Positions 17,176-26,875 of a DNA stretch of 64,000 bases are shown piece by piece. A model generated the notes under the pieces. The model did not search any database. It was not told where the DNA came from and saw only the letters and a program-made list of their open reading frames with translations. Source of the stretch: a virus. Its lineage: Duplodnaviria; Caudoviricetes. The position numbers were made by a program, and so were the translations under genes. Within the stretch, counting starts at the first letter, position 1, and every line of letters starts with the position of its first letter. Where the stretch lies: IMG/VR virus record IMGVR_UViG_3300028888_000084, positions 1-64,000 of that record. One strand, 5' to 3'.

Positions 17176-18105
17176 TTAATAACCAGTTGCTTTCTTATCG
17201 CATTTATTTAATAATATCAAATTTTTAAATTTAGTTTTACCGAACACTTGTTCGTATTTTTTTAATTGTTTTTCAGTTTTCCATTCAAAAGGCAACATAT
17301 GATAATTTACATAAAAAAGTGTATCTAATGTATTTCTAATATCACTAGGAAATCTTATTATATCCAATAATTGATAAGCACCTACATTTGCGTGACCATA
17401 ATAAGATGTTTCGCCATCTTCTTTGGTTTTCGCAGTCGCCATTTTACCTATATCGTGTAGTAAAGCACCTGCTATCAATGTAGGGGAATTATCGAAATCG
17501 GCATCTTTTTTCAACTCTTCATAGCACCTTAATGTATGTTCATATAAATCATATTTATGATAATGTGTATTTTGGTCATAACCTTCCATTCCAGTTATAA
17601 AACCTTCCCATTCATCTTCAGATGTTATTTTTCTATTTATAAATTTATGAATAATTATATCATCAAATCCTTCTTCGTAAAATGGAATTTGATAGCTTTT
17701 TACCTGTTTAAGTATAACATCTTTGCCCACCATTTTTTCACGATTTTTGTCGTCTTCTATACAAATTTCTATTGGTTTAGTCATAATATAAGCAATTATT
17801 TTAGTTTCAAGATTTCCTTGTTTTGCAATATTTTTTATTGTATTTATCAGACCTTTTCTACTTTTCATAGTAATATTGGTTGCATCAACGATTATGTTTT
17901 TGGAACTTAATAACAAATCTTTGATTCTTTTGTTAAGTTCTTCAAATACTTGTGTATTATGTTCAGTATCATTAATATCATTATATAAGTCTATACGAAT
18001 TTGGTCTGAAGATACCACTATTGCGTCATGTTTTTTAGCCATAAAATTAGCCACAGACGATTTTCCACTGCCACTAATACCAACCATAATTATTATTTTT
18101 GACAT
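17176..18105 (-). CDS. polynucleotide kinase (P-loop) fused to an HD phosphohydrolase domain
   Basis: GISGSGKS, SSDQIR, DATN; C-terminal H...LLHDIGK...H...HM. Confidence 0.85.
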   Translation of the reverse strand: MSKIIIMVGISGSGKSSVANFMAKKHDAIVVSSDQIRIDLYNDINDTEHNTQVFEELNKRIKDLLLSSKNIIVDATNITMKSRKGLINTIKNIAKQGNLETKIIAYIMTKPIEICIEDDKNREKMVGKDVILKQVKSYQIPFYEEGFDDIIIHKFINRKITSEDEWEGFITGMEGYDQNTHYHKYDLYEHTLRCYEELKKDADFDNSPTLIAGALLHDIGKMATAKTKEDGETSYYGHANVGAYQLLDIIRFPSDIRNTLDTLFYVNYHMLPFEWKTEKQLKKYEQVFGKTKFKNLILLNKCDKKATGY

Positions 18106-18118
18106 TATTAGCACCCCT

Positions 18119-19201
18119 TTATTTTATAAATTTTAATATTTTTTGCGTAGGTAAAGACAAAAAATAATCGTCTTTATAATTCCCATCAATGTAGCAAAAA
18201 CAAGCAGATTTTATATAAGATTCTTTATCTTGTAAACATAATGCTAAATCTTTTCTACTGTTAAAAGGATTATGTGAAATAAAATCTATTGCACTTTCTA
18301 TTTCTGTTTCACATTTATTTATCTTATCTTCTACATCCTTTATCATTGTATCATATTCGGGATAGTATGTCAAGAATTCTTCTTTATCTCCAGATTTTAT
18401 TAGTTCAATTATCCTTCTGGTATTCACAATGCCATTACTTTTCATAAAGAAAGATGCTACATATGCTGGTGATTTAATTTTTATTCTATTAAAATCTTTG
18501 TCTACTACCACATACCCCTCTTCGTCATATGGTAAATCTTTGGCGATATTTACAATCGTATCTAAATTTTTATCAAAAAAATATTCTTTTGGAGTTGTAA
18601 TACCTAAAAGAGGACAAAAATATTCTTGTAATGTTTTATTATTTCTTTCAGATAATTTTATCAATTTCGTTTCTTTATATGGAACTACTACCCTATTATA
18701 CGGCGAAATTAACTCGAACATATAAGTTACGTCTTTTTCTAAGGTATAGAGATTTTCATTTATAATTTCATATTCTTTAGTTTTCTTTATAAGATCCATG
18801 AAATTGGCTAGATTTTCTGTGTCGGATAGTGGTGCATCATTTGCATCTATCATCCCATTCGTTGCCCATTTCCACCCGTTATGATAAAACAATTTTATTA
18901 GCGATCCATCAACTTTTTCTTGTATTTTGGCACTTGACCAATCAATTTTTGCAGCATTTGGTGAAGAATAATTAAAGAATTTAAACATAGGTACGCAAAC
19001 AGGAATAAATTTATCATTGTCTTTGTAGAAGATTATTCCCCTGCTTTCTTGAACTATTTTTTGGTTGAAATCTGAATTGAACGTATCATAGCAAAATATA
19101 TAATAATTATCCTTATTTTTTATTTTAAGAAAATATGGTTGATTAGTGAGAATTTCATACCAATTTCTATTTTCATTCAATACCTTTTCTAATTCTAACA
19201 T
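18119..19201 (-). CDS. RNA ligase, T4 Rnl1-like
   Basis: ESRGIIF, KFFN, EKVDGSL, FEL, EGYVV, KIKSPAY. Confidence 0.85.
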   Translation of the reverse strand: MLELEKVLNENRNWYEILTNQPYFLKIKNKDNYYIFCYDTFNSDFNQKIVQESRGIIFYKDNDKFIPVCVPMFKFFNYSSPNAAKIDWSSAKIQEKVDGSLIKLFYHNGWKWATNGMIDANDAPLSDTENLANFMDLIKKTKEYEIINENLYTLEKDVTYMFELISPYNRVVVPYKETKLIKLSERNNKTLQEYFCPLLGITTPKEYFFDKNLDTIVNIAKDLPYDEEGYVVVDKDFNRIKIKSPAYVASFFMKSNGIVNTRRIIELIKSGDKEEFLTYYPEYDTMIKDVEDKINKCETEIESAIDFISHNPFNSRKDLALCLQDKESYIKSACFCYIDGNYKDDYFLSLPTQKILKFIK

Positions 19202-19228
19202 AAAATTTCCCCACCTTTATTTTAAATT

Positions 19229-19441
19229 TTAATTTAACTCTATTATTTCACCATCTTCATCAATCACGTTATGTCCTACAAATGATAATCTATACCATTC
19301 TTCTCCTTCCATACCACAATCTAAACATTTATATGGATAATAACATAAGTCCCCTTCGTTACATACAGTATCATAATCCATTTGCCTAGATTGACAATTT
19401 GGACAAATTCCTGGCTGATTTACTAATTTTTTAATATTCAT
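19229..19441 (-). CDS. small zinc-ribbon protein
   Basis: CPNC...CLDC; start moved to MNIKK after a G-run RBS. Confidence 0.7.
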   Translation of the reverse strand: MNIKKLVNQPGICPNCQSRQMDYDTVCNEGDLCYYPYKCLDCGMEGEEWYRLSFVGHNVIDEDGEIIELN

Positions 19442-19669
19442 AAAAATTCCCCCCACTTTGACCTCATTTTTGACCATTTTTAGTGCTTTATCCCCCACTT
19501 TTTTATTTCAATAAAATCTGTATTTTATCGTGAAATTCGAGCCCTGTAACGCACTATTTAAGCCATTTTTTATTTTCAAAATCCACAAATTTCTCAAAAT
19601 TTTCGATTTTTGGCGATTTTCACAGAATTCCACCATTTTTCGACTAAATTTTCACAAAATTCCTAAATC

Positions 19670-19834
19670 TTATATTTTCATACCAAATTCTCTTTTACAA
19701 CACATTTCTACAATTTTATCATATTGTTTCATAGAAATATTTTTATCTTTAAAAGCCTCATAAGAAATTTGTGATAATACCTCATGTTTTGGTTCTGCTT
19801 TTAAAATTTTATTTTTATATTCTGAAGTTGTCAT
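19670..19834 (-). CDS. small hypothetical protein (54 aa, not in ORF track)
   Basis: MTTSEYKNKILKAEPKHEVL...; AAAGGAGG RBS. Confidence 0.65.
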   Translation of the reverse strand: MTTSEYKNKILKAEPKHEVLSQISYEAFKDKNISMKQYDKIVEMCCKREFGMKI

Positions 19835-19975
19835 AAAAAATCCTCCTTTTTATCAAAATTTTATTAAAATTTATATACCCCTCAACCCCGCATTATTACT
19901 GCATCTGTAGTTGCCATTTTAAGACACTTTATTTTTAAGCAATAAAAACAGTCGAACCTTATTTTGAAAATGCCC

Positions 19976-20572
19976 TTAAATGTCAGCTACGAATGATTGA
20001 AATTTGGTTTTGTAATATTTTTCTCCTTCTTTTATAATTGTATCTAAATTTTGTGGTTCATAATTTATGTAAGGCATCATACATCCTACATTGTATGCAA
20101 AACATTGTTTACCACTTTTTCTAACATCATTTATATATTTTTCGTATAGATCTTGTTCTTCTGAATTATGAAGATGACCATAAAGATGGATACTTCCCCT
20201 TTGCATACCATTCCAACTAAATAAAGGATAATGACACAAAACAAATAATTGTTTATTAAATCTTATTTCTTTGTAGTCAGTTACTTCTTCAAATAATGAT
20301 TTATTCGCTAAAGATTCTGTGCCATTCGTATGATTACCACGAATTAAAACTTTTTTACCTTTTAATGTTTCGATTATATTATGTGATACAGTGTCATTAC
20401 ACCAAAACATATCACCTAAAATATAAACGGTATCTTTTGGTGTAATTTTATTGTTCCAATTAGATACTATAACATTATTCATTTCTTCTATTGTTTCAAA
20501 TGGTCTATTATCAAATTTAATTGAATTTTTATGAAACATATGATAATCGCTTATAAAAAACATATCGCCCAC
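19976..20572 (-). CDS. calcineurin-like metallophosphoesterase
   Basis: SDYH, LGD, GNH, CHYP, GHLH, NVG. Confidence 0.9.
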   Translation of the reverse strand: MGDMFFISDYHMFHKNSIKFDNRPFETIEEMNNVIVSNWNNKITPKDTVYILGDMFWCNDTVSHNIIETLKGKKVLIRGNHTNGTESLANKSLFEEVTDYKEIRFNKQLFVLCHYPLFSWNGMQRGSIHLYGHLHNSEEQDLYEKYINDVRKSGKQCFAYNVGCMMPYINYEPQNLDTIIKEGEKYYKTKFQSFVADI

Positions 20573-20587
20573 GATATCACCCCTTAA

Positions 20588-21262
20588 TTAATGTTGATGG
20601 AATACAACAGATTCGTTATTTTTTAAATACCAACATTTAAAACAAGTGCTACAATGTCCAGTACATTGAAATCCATCTTCAGGAATTGTAGGATTTATAT
20701 CAGAATCCTTGAAATCAACATAACTTACTGGCAAATTATATGGATTTTCAAATTTCCAACTTTTATCCCATGCTGAAAAAACTATATTGAAATTCTTAGG
20801 TTTTTTATTATTGTTTAACCATTCATTAACCCATTCATATCTTTTTGTAAACATTAAGAATTTAATTTTTGGATGATTTAATATTACATTTTGAACTAAT
20901 TGATTTAAAAAATCTTTATCAGGTATATCCCCACTATCAAAAATACGCATATATTTGTAACCTGAATAATCTAAATAACTGCCTATTTGTTGAAAGAAAA
21001 GTTCGGGATTTTCTTGATAAATTCTAAAGTTTTTCATATAAGTTCCAAGAACTGAAGAACAAATTTGAAATCCTTTATTACAATAACAATTTTTTCTGCA
21101 AGGTGCGTCTTGTCTACAAGTAATACCAGCAGGAAATGATAGACCACAAATCTGCGAACCTAATTTTGTATTTCCTGTGGCTATTGTAACTATATTATTT
21201 AAATTACAATAATAATCTAATTTTTCATTCTTAGATAATTCCTTGATTTTTTCTGAAATCAT
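20588..21262 (-). CDS. Cys-rich Gp88-like phage protein
   Basis: GN.KLG, TC...C..CY, R..DSGD, FTKR, C..C..C..CW. Confidence 0.6.
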   Translation of the reverse strand: MISEKIKELSKNEKLDYYCNLNNIVTIATGNTKLGSQICGLSFPAGITCRQDAPCRKNCYCNKGFQICSSVLGTYMKNFRIYQENPELFFQQIGSYLDYSGYKYMRIFDSGDIPDKDFLNQLVQNVILNHPKIKFLMFTKRYEWVNEWLNNNKKPKNFNIVFSAWDKSWKFENPYNLPVSYVDFKDSDINPTIPEDGFQCTGHCSTCFKCWYLKNNESVVFHQH

Positions 21263-21280
21263 AATCAAACCCCCTTTTTA

Positions 21281-21745
21281 CTACAATATATCTTTATTTA
21301 TTCTTCTGATGTTTTCTATTTTAATGTTTAAACATTCTGGTAACTCACCTTTAGATTCTGGAATTTCACTTTTTAAACAATATTCCTTAGCCTCATCTCT
21401 TGTTATTTCTTTACCATTCTTAAAATATTTTGCGTGTATAGGATTATTAGTTGTAGGATATACACGAAGATGAATAGAATTTTTACCTTGTAAAAGATAA
21501 GGAAATTGCAACCATTCCATACCTTTTAATCCTTGATTTTCAGAAGGTAATTCGCCAGTTTTTCTCATATTGATTACATCTTTTTTGTTGTCATAATCAA
21601 TTCCTAATCTAACATTTCCATTAGATTCTTTGGTGATTACATCTACAATCCCCTTCTTTGTCTTTAATTGTTTTCCCCAAGACATATTTACGAATGTCCC
21701 TTTTTTAATTTTGTTCAATTCGTTTTGAATATTTGTTAATTCCAT
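21281..21745 (-). CDS. hypothetical protein
   Basis: 154-aa ORF with AAAGGGGG RBS and its own promoter. Confidence 0.8.
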   Translation of the reverse strand: MELTNIQNELNKIKKGTFVNMSWGKQLKTKKGIVDVITKESNGNVRLGIDYDNKKDVINMRKTGELPSENQGLKGMEWLQFPYLLQGKNSIHLRVYPTTNNPIHAKYFKNGKEITRDEAKEYCLKSEIPESKGELPECLNIKIENIRRINKDIL

Positions 21746-21819
21746 AACAAAACCCCCTTTACATTATTGTTTTCTTTTACTGTAAATATTATACAACTAA
21801 TAAACCTTTGTTGTCAAGT

Positions 21820-22299
21820 TTATATCCATAAATCGAACAAGTGTTCGTTAAAGTGTTTCATAAAGTAATTAAAAGCATCAAGTTTGACTTTTGGATCTTG
21901 ATCGTCGGTATTTATTACATCTAACAACATTATCATTTTTCTTAATACCTCTTGTGTTTCTTCAAATGTATAAAAAGCACTATCAAAGTTATTGGCATCA
22001 ATAGTCTTGCTGTTTAATTTATCTTCAGGTTTTCTCCAACAACCTACATTTCTTTTATACATTTCAATTAATATTGCTTGCGTGTAATTAAAAAAGGCTA
22101 TGTCGTAATTCCAAACAGATATATCGTCATAGCCACGCCAAGCTCTTTGCCAAGCATACTTCAAGTAATCAAAAAATGTTGTTATCTTATATCCTATACT
22201 AAACCCTTTTGTGTTTTTTGTAAAGTTTTTTAATACATCTACTTGAAAATTATTATATTTGTCAACATTTTTACTTGAATTTTCATATTTTTTCTTCAT
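21820..22299 (-). CDS. hypothetical protein
   Basis: 159 aa; AWQRAWRGYDD...F.DLW; GAGGTG RBS. Confidence 0.75.
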   Translation of the reverse strand: MKKKYENSSKNVDKYNNFQVDVLKNFTKNTKGFSIGYKITTFFDYLKYAWQRAWRGYDDISVWNYDIAFFNYTQAILIEMYKRNVGCWRKPEDKLNSKTIDANNFDSAFYTFEETQEVLRKMIMLLDVINTDDQDPKVKLDAFNYFMKHFNEHLFDLWI

Positions 22300-22328
22300 A
22301 ATATCACCTCGTAGGATTTTTGAGAATT

Positions 22329-22538
22329 TTACGTTTTTTTCATTTTTCCCACTTTTATTTTAGCACCACAAAATGGACAATAATTTATTTCTCTTTCTAC
22401 TAATATATTAGCACAAAGATTATCGCCACGCATATATGCGAATAACACACCATCTTCTATTCTTAATCCACATTTTGTATAAGCATTATATGGATTACTT
22501 ATTCCTTCACAATATTCACAAGATTTTTTAATTTTCAT
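22329..22538 (-). CDS. small zinc-binding protein
   Basis: CEYC...INYCPFCG. Confidence 0.7.
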   Translation of the reverse strand: MKIKKSCEYCEGISNPYNAYTKCGLRIEDGVLFAYMRGDNLCANILVEREINYCPFCGAKIKVGKMKKT

Positions 22539-22929
22539 TTTTATCACCTACATATGTATTATCTTCCACTTGGTTAATTTTTATTAAATCACCTATAAAA
22601 ACCAACCATTTAACATCATTTGTATCTTCTGCAAAACTGCAAAACATTTTGTTTTTTGAATGTTCTTCGTCAAATTCAACTGTAAATATTTTATCTTTAT
22701 TATCGTGAATCCACTGTTGAAATTTAGGATTCATATTCGGAAAATTTACGTCTGATATAATTTTATCATAATTTAATTTAACTTTATCACATTCTTTTAT
22801 ATCATAAGAATCTATTTGTGCTTTAATAGTGTCTTGTAAAAAACTTTTAACTTTATCAATTCTTATTTTACCAGATTTTATGCCAGATTTTACAGCTTTT
22901 TTTACTTTTCTTTTTTGTTCTCTATTCAT
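22528..22929 (-). CDS. hypothetical protein
   Basis: MNREQKR start with GAGG RBS. Confidence 0.75.
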   Translation of the reverse strand: MNREQKRKVKKAVKSGIKSGKIRIDKVKSFLQDTIKAQIDSYDIKECDKVKLNYDKIISDVNFPNMNPKFQQWIHDNKDKIFTVEFDEEHSKNKMFCSFAEDTNDVKWLVFIGDLIKINQVEDNTYVGDKNEN

Positions 22930-22951
22930 ATTTATCACATTTCCTCTCTAT

Positions 22952-23584
22952 CTATTTCTTAAAATCTTCTACTTTTATTTTTGTTATTATTCTTCTGCCA
23001 CATCTATCCTGTAATTCAATCTTTGGTCTACCTACTACCCCTTCCATTGGTGCTTGACCTATTGTTGATGGTGGATTGGTTTTTACGAAATCCACACCAT
23101 CTTGTATTGTTCCTTCTAGCACTATCGGAACTATATCTAAATTAAACATTTGTGCTATTTCTTCAACTGTTTCTCTTGACTGATAATTTCCGCAAATCAT
23201 AACATCAAATAAAATAAAATCTTGTGTCTTTTTATATAGTCCGCCTACACCTTGAATTTTCGCACCATATCCTTCGCCTACCAACATTACTTCTTTTTCA
23301 CCGAAGTTTTGTTCGAATATTTGTTCGTTTGCTTCACCACCAAATAATTCTATAAGTCTATTGGTTAATTCAGTAGGTATCATAGCGGCATCAGTTCTTC
23401 CATAAAAACTTACCTTATAACCATCCCAAACAACACGTATATTTGTTCCATCTATTTTTTCGGTAAACTGCCAAGTATTGTTTTTTAAGAATTCCACTTC
23501 ATCATTTCTATAACAGCCTTCCATTATTTTTTTTGTTTTTTCATCTCTTTTGAACAGTCCATCAATCTTATGATAACCTACCAT
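22952..23584 (-). CDS. RNA ligase-family nucleotidyltransferase (Rnl2-like core)
   Basis: YHKI, TEKIDGTN, GEGYG, FDV, EGVV, KIK. Confidence 0.8.
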   Translation of the reverse strand: MVGYHKIDGLFKRDEKTKKIMEGCYRNDEVEFLKNNTWQFTEKIDGTNIRVVWDGYKVSFYGRTDAAMIPTELTNRLIELFGGEANEQIFEQNFGEKEVMLVGEGYGAKIQGVGGLYKKTQDFILFDVMICGNYQSRETVEEIAQMFNLDIVPIVLEGTIQDGVDFVKTNPPSTIGQAPMEGVVGRPKIELQDRCGRRIITKIKVEDFKK

Positions 23585-23586
23585 AA

Positions 23587-23895
23587 TTAGTCCTCCTTTA
23601 AATTATTTTTAAAATCTATGTATCTAGGAACATTTCCTTCGATTGGATGATGTTTTCCACAAAATTGACAAATACAATGCAGTTCCTTATAATTTGCCAT
23701 TGGCGTAAATTCTAATAATCTATATTTATGTTTGCAAAATATTTGCCTTAATCTAAAAATAAACGATTTTTTTAATTTTATATCGCATATTTCCAGCTGA
23801 CCAAGAAATTCATACTTGCCGAAGGAATCAAGGTATTTGCTGAATATTTCCAATTCTTTGTCAAATTCTTCAGCTGATAAATTAAATAAATTCAT
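23587..23895 (-). CDS. hypothetical protein with CxH..CxxC motif
   Basis: FCKHKY...CQFCGK. Confidence 0.65.
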   Translation of the reverse strand: MNLFNLSAEEFDKELEIFSKYLDSFGKYEFLGQLEICDIKLKKSFIFRLRQIFCKHKYRLLEFTPMANYKELHCICQFCGKHHPIEGNVPRYIDFKNNLKED

Positions 23896-24238
23896 CTAAT
23901 TCATCTTCCTTTCCTTGATTTTTTTTACACAAAGCATTTGATAATAAAGCTAATATTTTTATTAATTCTTTATTTTCCTCTTTTAGTTCGGCATTTTCCT
24001 TTTGTAAATCAATATTTTTATCTTCATTTTCTTCATTTTCTTCATTATGTTGTTCATCAGCACTATCGAATATAGGAAATGGGAAAAAGTCATACCATTT
24101 ACCTTCCCAAAAATATTGCATTTTATCGCCATCTTTTTCTATCCAAACCCAATGATTATAAGGTGAACTTGGTCTTTCATGTGTTTGATGTATTTGCGGT
24201 TTAATAGAACTTTCGTATTGCGATTCCCTTTTAAACAT
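23882..24238 (-). CDS. hypothetical protein
   Basis: ORF with GAGGTG RBS and C-terminal coiled coil. Confidence 0.7.
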   Translation of the reverse strand: MFKRESQYESSIKPQIHQTHERPSSPYNHWVWIEKDGDKMQYFWEGKWYDFFPFPIFDSADEQHNEENEENEDKNIDLQKENAELKEENKELIKILALLSNALCKKNQGKEDELDEFI

Positions 24239-24248
24239 AACCACACCT

Positions 24249-24392
24249 CTATTCTAAGTTTATTTTTTTAATCTTACCACAATTTTCACAAGTAAGTAGT
24301 AATATTATTCGATATACTTCGTCTAAATGATTTTTCACACTTATTTCTTTCAATATTGTCCATTTATGTTTACAAAGAAATTTTAAAATCAT
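24249..24392 (-). CDS. small CxH..CxxC protein (47 aa, not in ORF track)
   Basis: MILKFLCKHKW...TCENCGKIKK; start overlaps the upstream stop (TAATG). Confidence 0.65.
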   Translation of the reverse strand: MILKFLCKHKWTILKEISVKNHLDEVYRIILLLTCENCGKIKKINLE

Positions 24393-24631
24393 TAAGAACC
24401 AATCCTTTCTATATGATAAAATTCCGTATGACTTCCTACATCTATACGAATAAAATCACTATTTTCTAAAGTATCGCCTTTATAACTAAAAATCATATAA
24501 GGTGATATAAATTTATTTTTACTTCTTATTTCGATATCTTTTTTTATAGCATCTTGACATTCATCTAAAGTATTATAAGTTCCTATATTAATAAATTTTC
24601 CATTACTTCTTTCAAATTTTAATTTTAACAT
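24392..24631 (-). CDS. hypothetical protein
   Basis: 79 aa; DVGSHTEF; GAGGTG RBS. Confidence 0.7.
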   Translation of the reverse strand: MLKLKFERSNGKFINIGTYNTLDECQDAIKKDIEIRSKNKFISPYMIFSYKGDTLENSDFIRIDVGSHTEFYHIERIGS

Positions 24632-24653
24632 TTATACCACCTCATATCAAATT

Positions 24654-24911
24654 TTAATTTAAATCTCCTAAAATTCTTTTAAGTTCGTCATCTAATTCTA
24701 CACTATTTACCAATGTGTTGTCAACTTTATAAGGCAATTCTTTATTTTTTAGATTACACTTTAATTCCATAGTAAATATTTTACTTTCAGAATCATTGTT
24801 TATAGCATCTACTAATGGTTCACAAAGAATTTTGTATTCTTCCGTATAAGGACACACATTTTGGTTTTTACAATTTTCACACATTTTTCTATACCTCCGA
24901 AATTTATTCAT
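24654..24911 (-). CDS. hypothetical protein
   Basis: 85 aa; CENC....VC. Confidence 0.65.
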   Translation of the reverse strand: MNKFRRYRKMCENCKNQNVCPYTEEYKILCEPLVDAINNDSESKIFTMELKCNLKNKELPYKVDNTLVNSVELDDELKRILGDLN

Positions 24912-24916
24912 AGATA

Positions 24917-25537
24917 CTATGCTTTTTTGGTAGGATAAATACTGCTTTTTTCGCCTATAATGCTATTTACTATCTGTAATTTCTTAGCAGTTTCAGCATC
25001 TATGTAGAGGTTACTTTTATTCTTTTTGCAATCAGATATCATTTTAGGTGTAATTTTACATCTTGCCATTACCCATTCATCCATTCTTTCTTCTAATCGC
25101 ATATCCTCTTCCATTTCTTCTACTAATTTTCCGTAAATTCCACTTAATGTATGACTTAGGTTATGATACATAAATGTAGTATTTTTCATACAAAATCTTT
25201 GACTTCCTGCCAAAAATATATGCAAACCCGCACTCATACATTTTCCCATAGCAAATGTGTAAATTGGTGTTTGACTTGTTGCCATAACATCCATCAAGCC
25301 TAAAGCATCATAACACAATCCGCCGCCAGTATTAATATATAAATATATAGGATCTCTAACATAGTCGGCATAAATTTGTTCTTTTAAACCATCTTCTTGG
25401 TTAATTTTTAAGATAGCATTTATGATAATACCAACAGTTTCTTCAGTGATATCATCAGAAAGCATTATACTTCTCTCATTAACATATACATTTGCCATTC
25501 CACGTACCTCCTTAGAATCATTTGTATATTCAGCCAT
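24917..25537 (-). CDS. ClpP-like serine protease
   Basis: PIYLYINTGGG, GKCMSAG (Ser), FMYH (His), YIDAETA; start uncertain (alternative at 25498). Confidence 0.85.
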   Translation of the reverse strand: MAEYTNDSKEVRGMANVYVNERSIMLSDDITEETVGIIINAILKINQEDGLKEQIYADYVRDPIYLYINTGGGLCYDALGLMDVMATSQTPIYTFAMGKCMSAGLHIFLAGSQRFCMKNTTFMYHNLSHTLSGIYGKLVEEMEEDMRLEERMDEWVMARCKITPKMISDCKKNKSNLYIDAETAKKLQIVNSIIGEKSSIYPTKKA

Positions 25538-25614
25538 AGTGAATATCAACTCCTTTTCTTATGGTGTAACTTTATTATACCATACAAATATAATAAAGTC
25601 AACCATTTAGTAAA

Positions 25615-25893
25615 TTATTTGATTAATTTTAAATTTCCTTTTGTGGAAATGTCTGCTGATAAAAATAATCTTCGACATTCTATATTTGAACATATCATTA
25701 TTGCAAAATTCTGTATATCGTAATTATATGGATTATTCAATATGCTATCAACAATAACATCTTCATAATATTGTATTAACAAATCGGAATGACAAAATGG
25801 ACAAGTTGAATTAATAATATTTTCTTCTACAGAAGTTTTATCTTTTCCAAGTTCTTTTATATCATAACAACAAAAAAACGACATATATATCAC
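25615..25893 (-). CDS. zinc-ribbon hypothetical protein
   Basis: CPFC...C....C. Confidence 0.65.
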   Translation of the reverse strand: MIYMSFFCCYDIKELGKDKTSVEENIINSTCPFCHSDLLIQYYEDVIVDSILNNPYNYDIQNFAIMICSNIECRRLFLSADISTKGNLKLIK

Positions 25894-25905
25894 ACCTTCC
25901 TAATA

Positions 25906-26214
25906 TTATCCCCTTGGTGCTTCATATTTTACTAAATAATCGTAGAATTTATCAGCTGTGCTTATATCTACAGATTTTGAATTTATTTTCAAACTATCTT
26001 TATCAGCACGTTTTCCAAAATCCAAATCATAAATCCACCACGATAAACTATCAAAACTATTTCGTAAATTCATTCCTTTACCTAGTAAAAAAATAAGATC
26101 GTTTTCTAATGGATTATAATAATTACCAGACATTAATTTATTAAATTTTTCATTTATTTTATGGGAATTTTCTACGCTTTTCATTATTCCCACAAATTCT
26201 TCTTTTTTAATCAT
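25906..26214 (-). CDS. hypothetical protein
   Basis: WWIYDLDFG...YDYL; AGGAGG RBS. Confidence 0.75.
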   Translation of the reverse strand: MIKKEEFVGIMKSVENSHKINEKFNKLMSGNYYNPLENDLIFLLGKGMNLRNSFDSLSWWIYDLDFGKRADKDSLKINSKSVDISTADKFYDYLVKYEAPRG

Positions 26215-26309
26215 AAAACTTCCTCCTTTTTTATTTTTGAATTCGGGATAAAAAACAGTTCCGACAACTTATATTTGTTATATTATAAATTGAACGGAAC
26301 TGCTTGTGT

Positions 26310-26873
26310 TTATTTGTTAGAACTTCCTAAAGATCCTTTGTTTCTTTCTGTTTTGTTTTTATCTAAATCTTCAACAAGTCCCACAGTAGGTATTATGCCA
26401 CCTAATGGTAAAAATATACCTTGTGCAATCGCCTTGCTATAAGGATAAACTATATAGTCATCTTCTAATGCGGATATATCTTTTTCTTTAGTTATTATCA
26501 AAGGTTTATCGTTAGTATTTGTTATTCCAACAAAGATTTCTCCTCTATAATTTGAATCTATAACTCCGCATCTTAAAGCCATTCCACGACTTCCTGTACT
26601 ACCCCTTTCACGAAGTAATAAAACATACTTGTTAGAAAAAATAGTTGATAATCCAGTTGGCACTAATTTTGTTTCGTGTGGTCGAATAATAAAATTTTCT
26701 TCCTCAAAATTTGCATATATATCGTATCCTGCATCGCCTTTTCTTTTTGAAGGTATAATTGTTTTATTATTTAACCTTATAAATTTAACTTTTCTTTTTC
26801 TAAATAAAACTATTAAGTCTATTAATATTAAAACTAAATATAAAACAATAAGTATGTTTAATAATGTATCCAT
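26310..26873 (-). CDS. dut: trimeric dUTPase with N-terminal hydrophobic helix
   Basis: AGYDI, VPTGL, RGS, GVIDSNYRGEI, IAQ, R..G.LGSS. Confidence 0.9.
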   Translation of the reverse strand: MDTLLNILIVLYLVLILIDLIVLFRKRKVKFIRLNNKTIIPSKRKGDAGYDIYANFEEENFIIRPHETKLVPTGLSTIFSNKYVLLLRERGSTGSRGMALRCGVIDSNYRGEIFVGITNTNDKPLIITKEKDISALEDDYIVYPYSKAIAQGIFLPLGGIIPTVGLVEDLDKNKTERNKGSLGSSNK

Positions 26874-26875
26874 AA

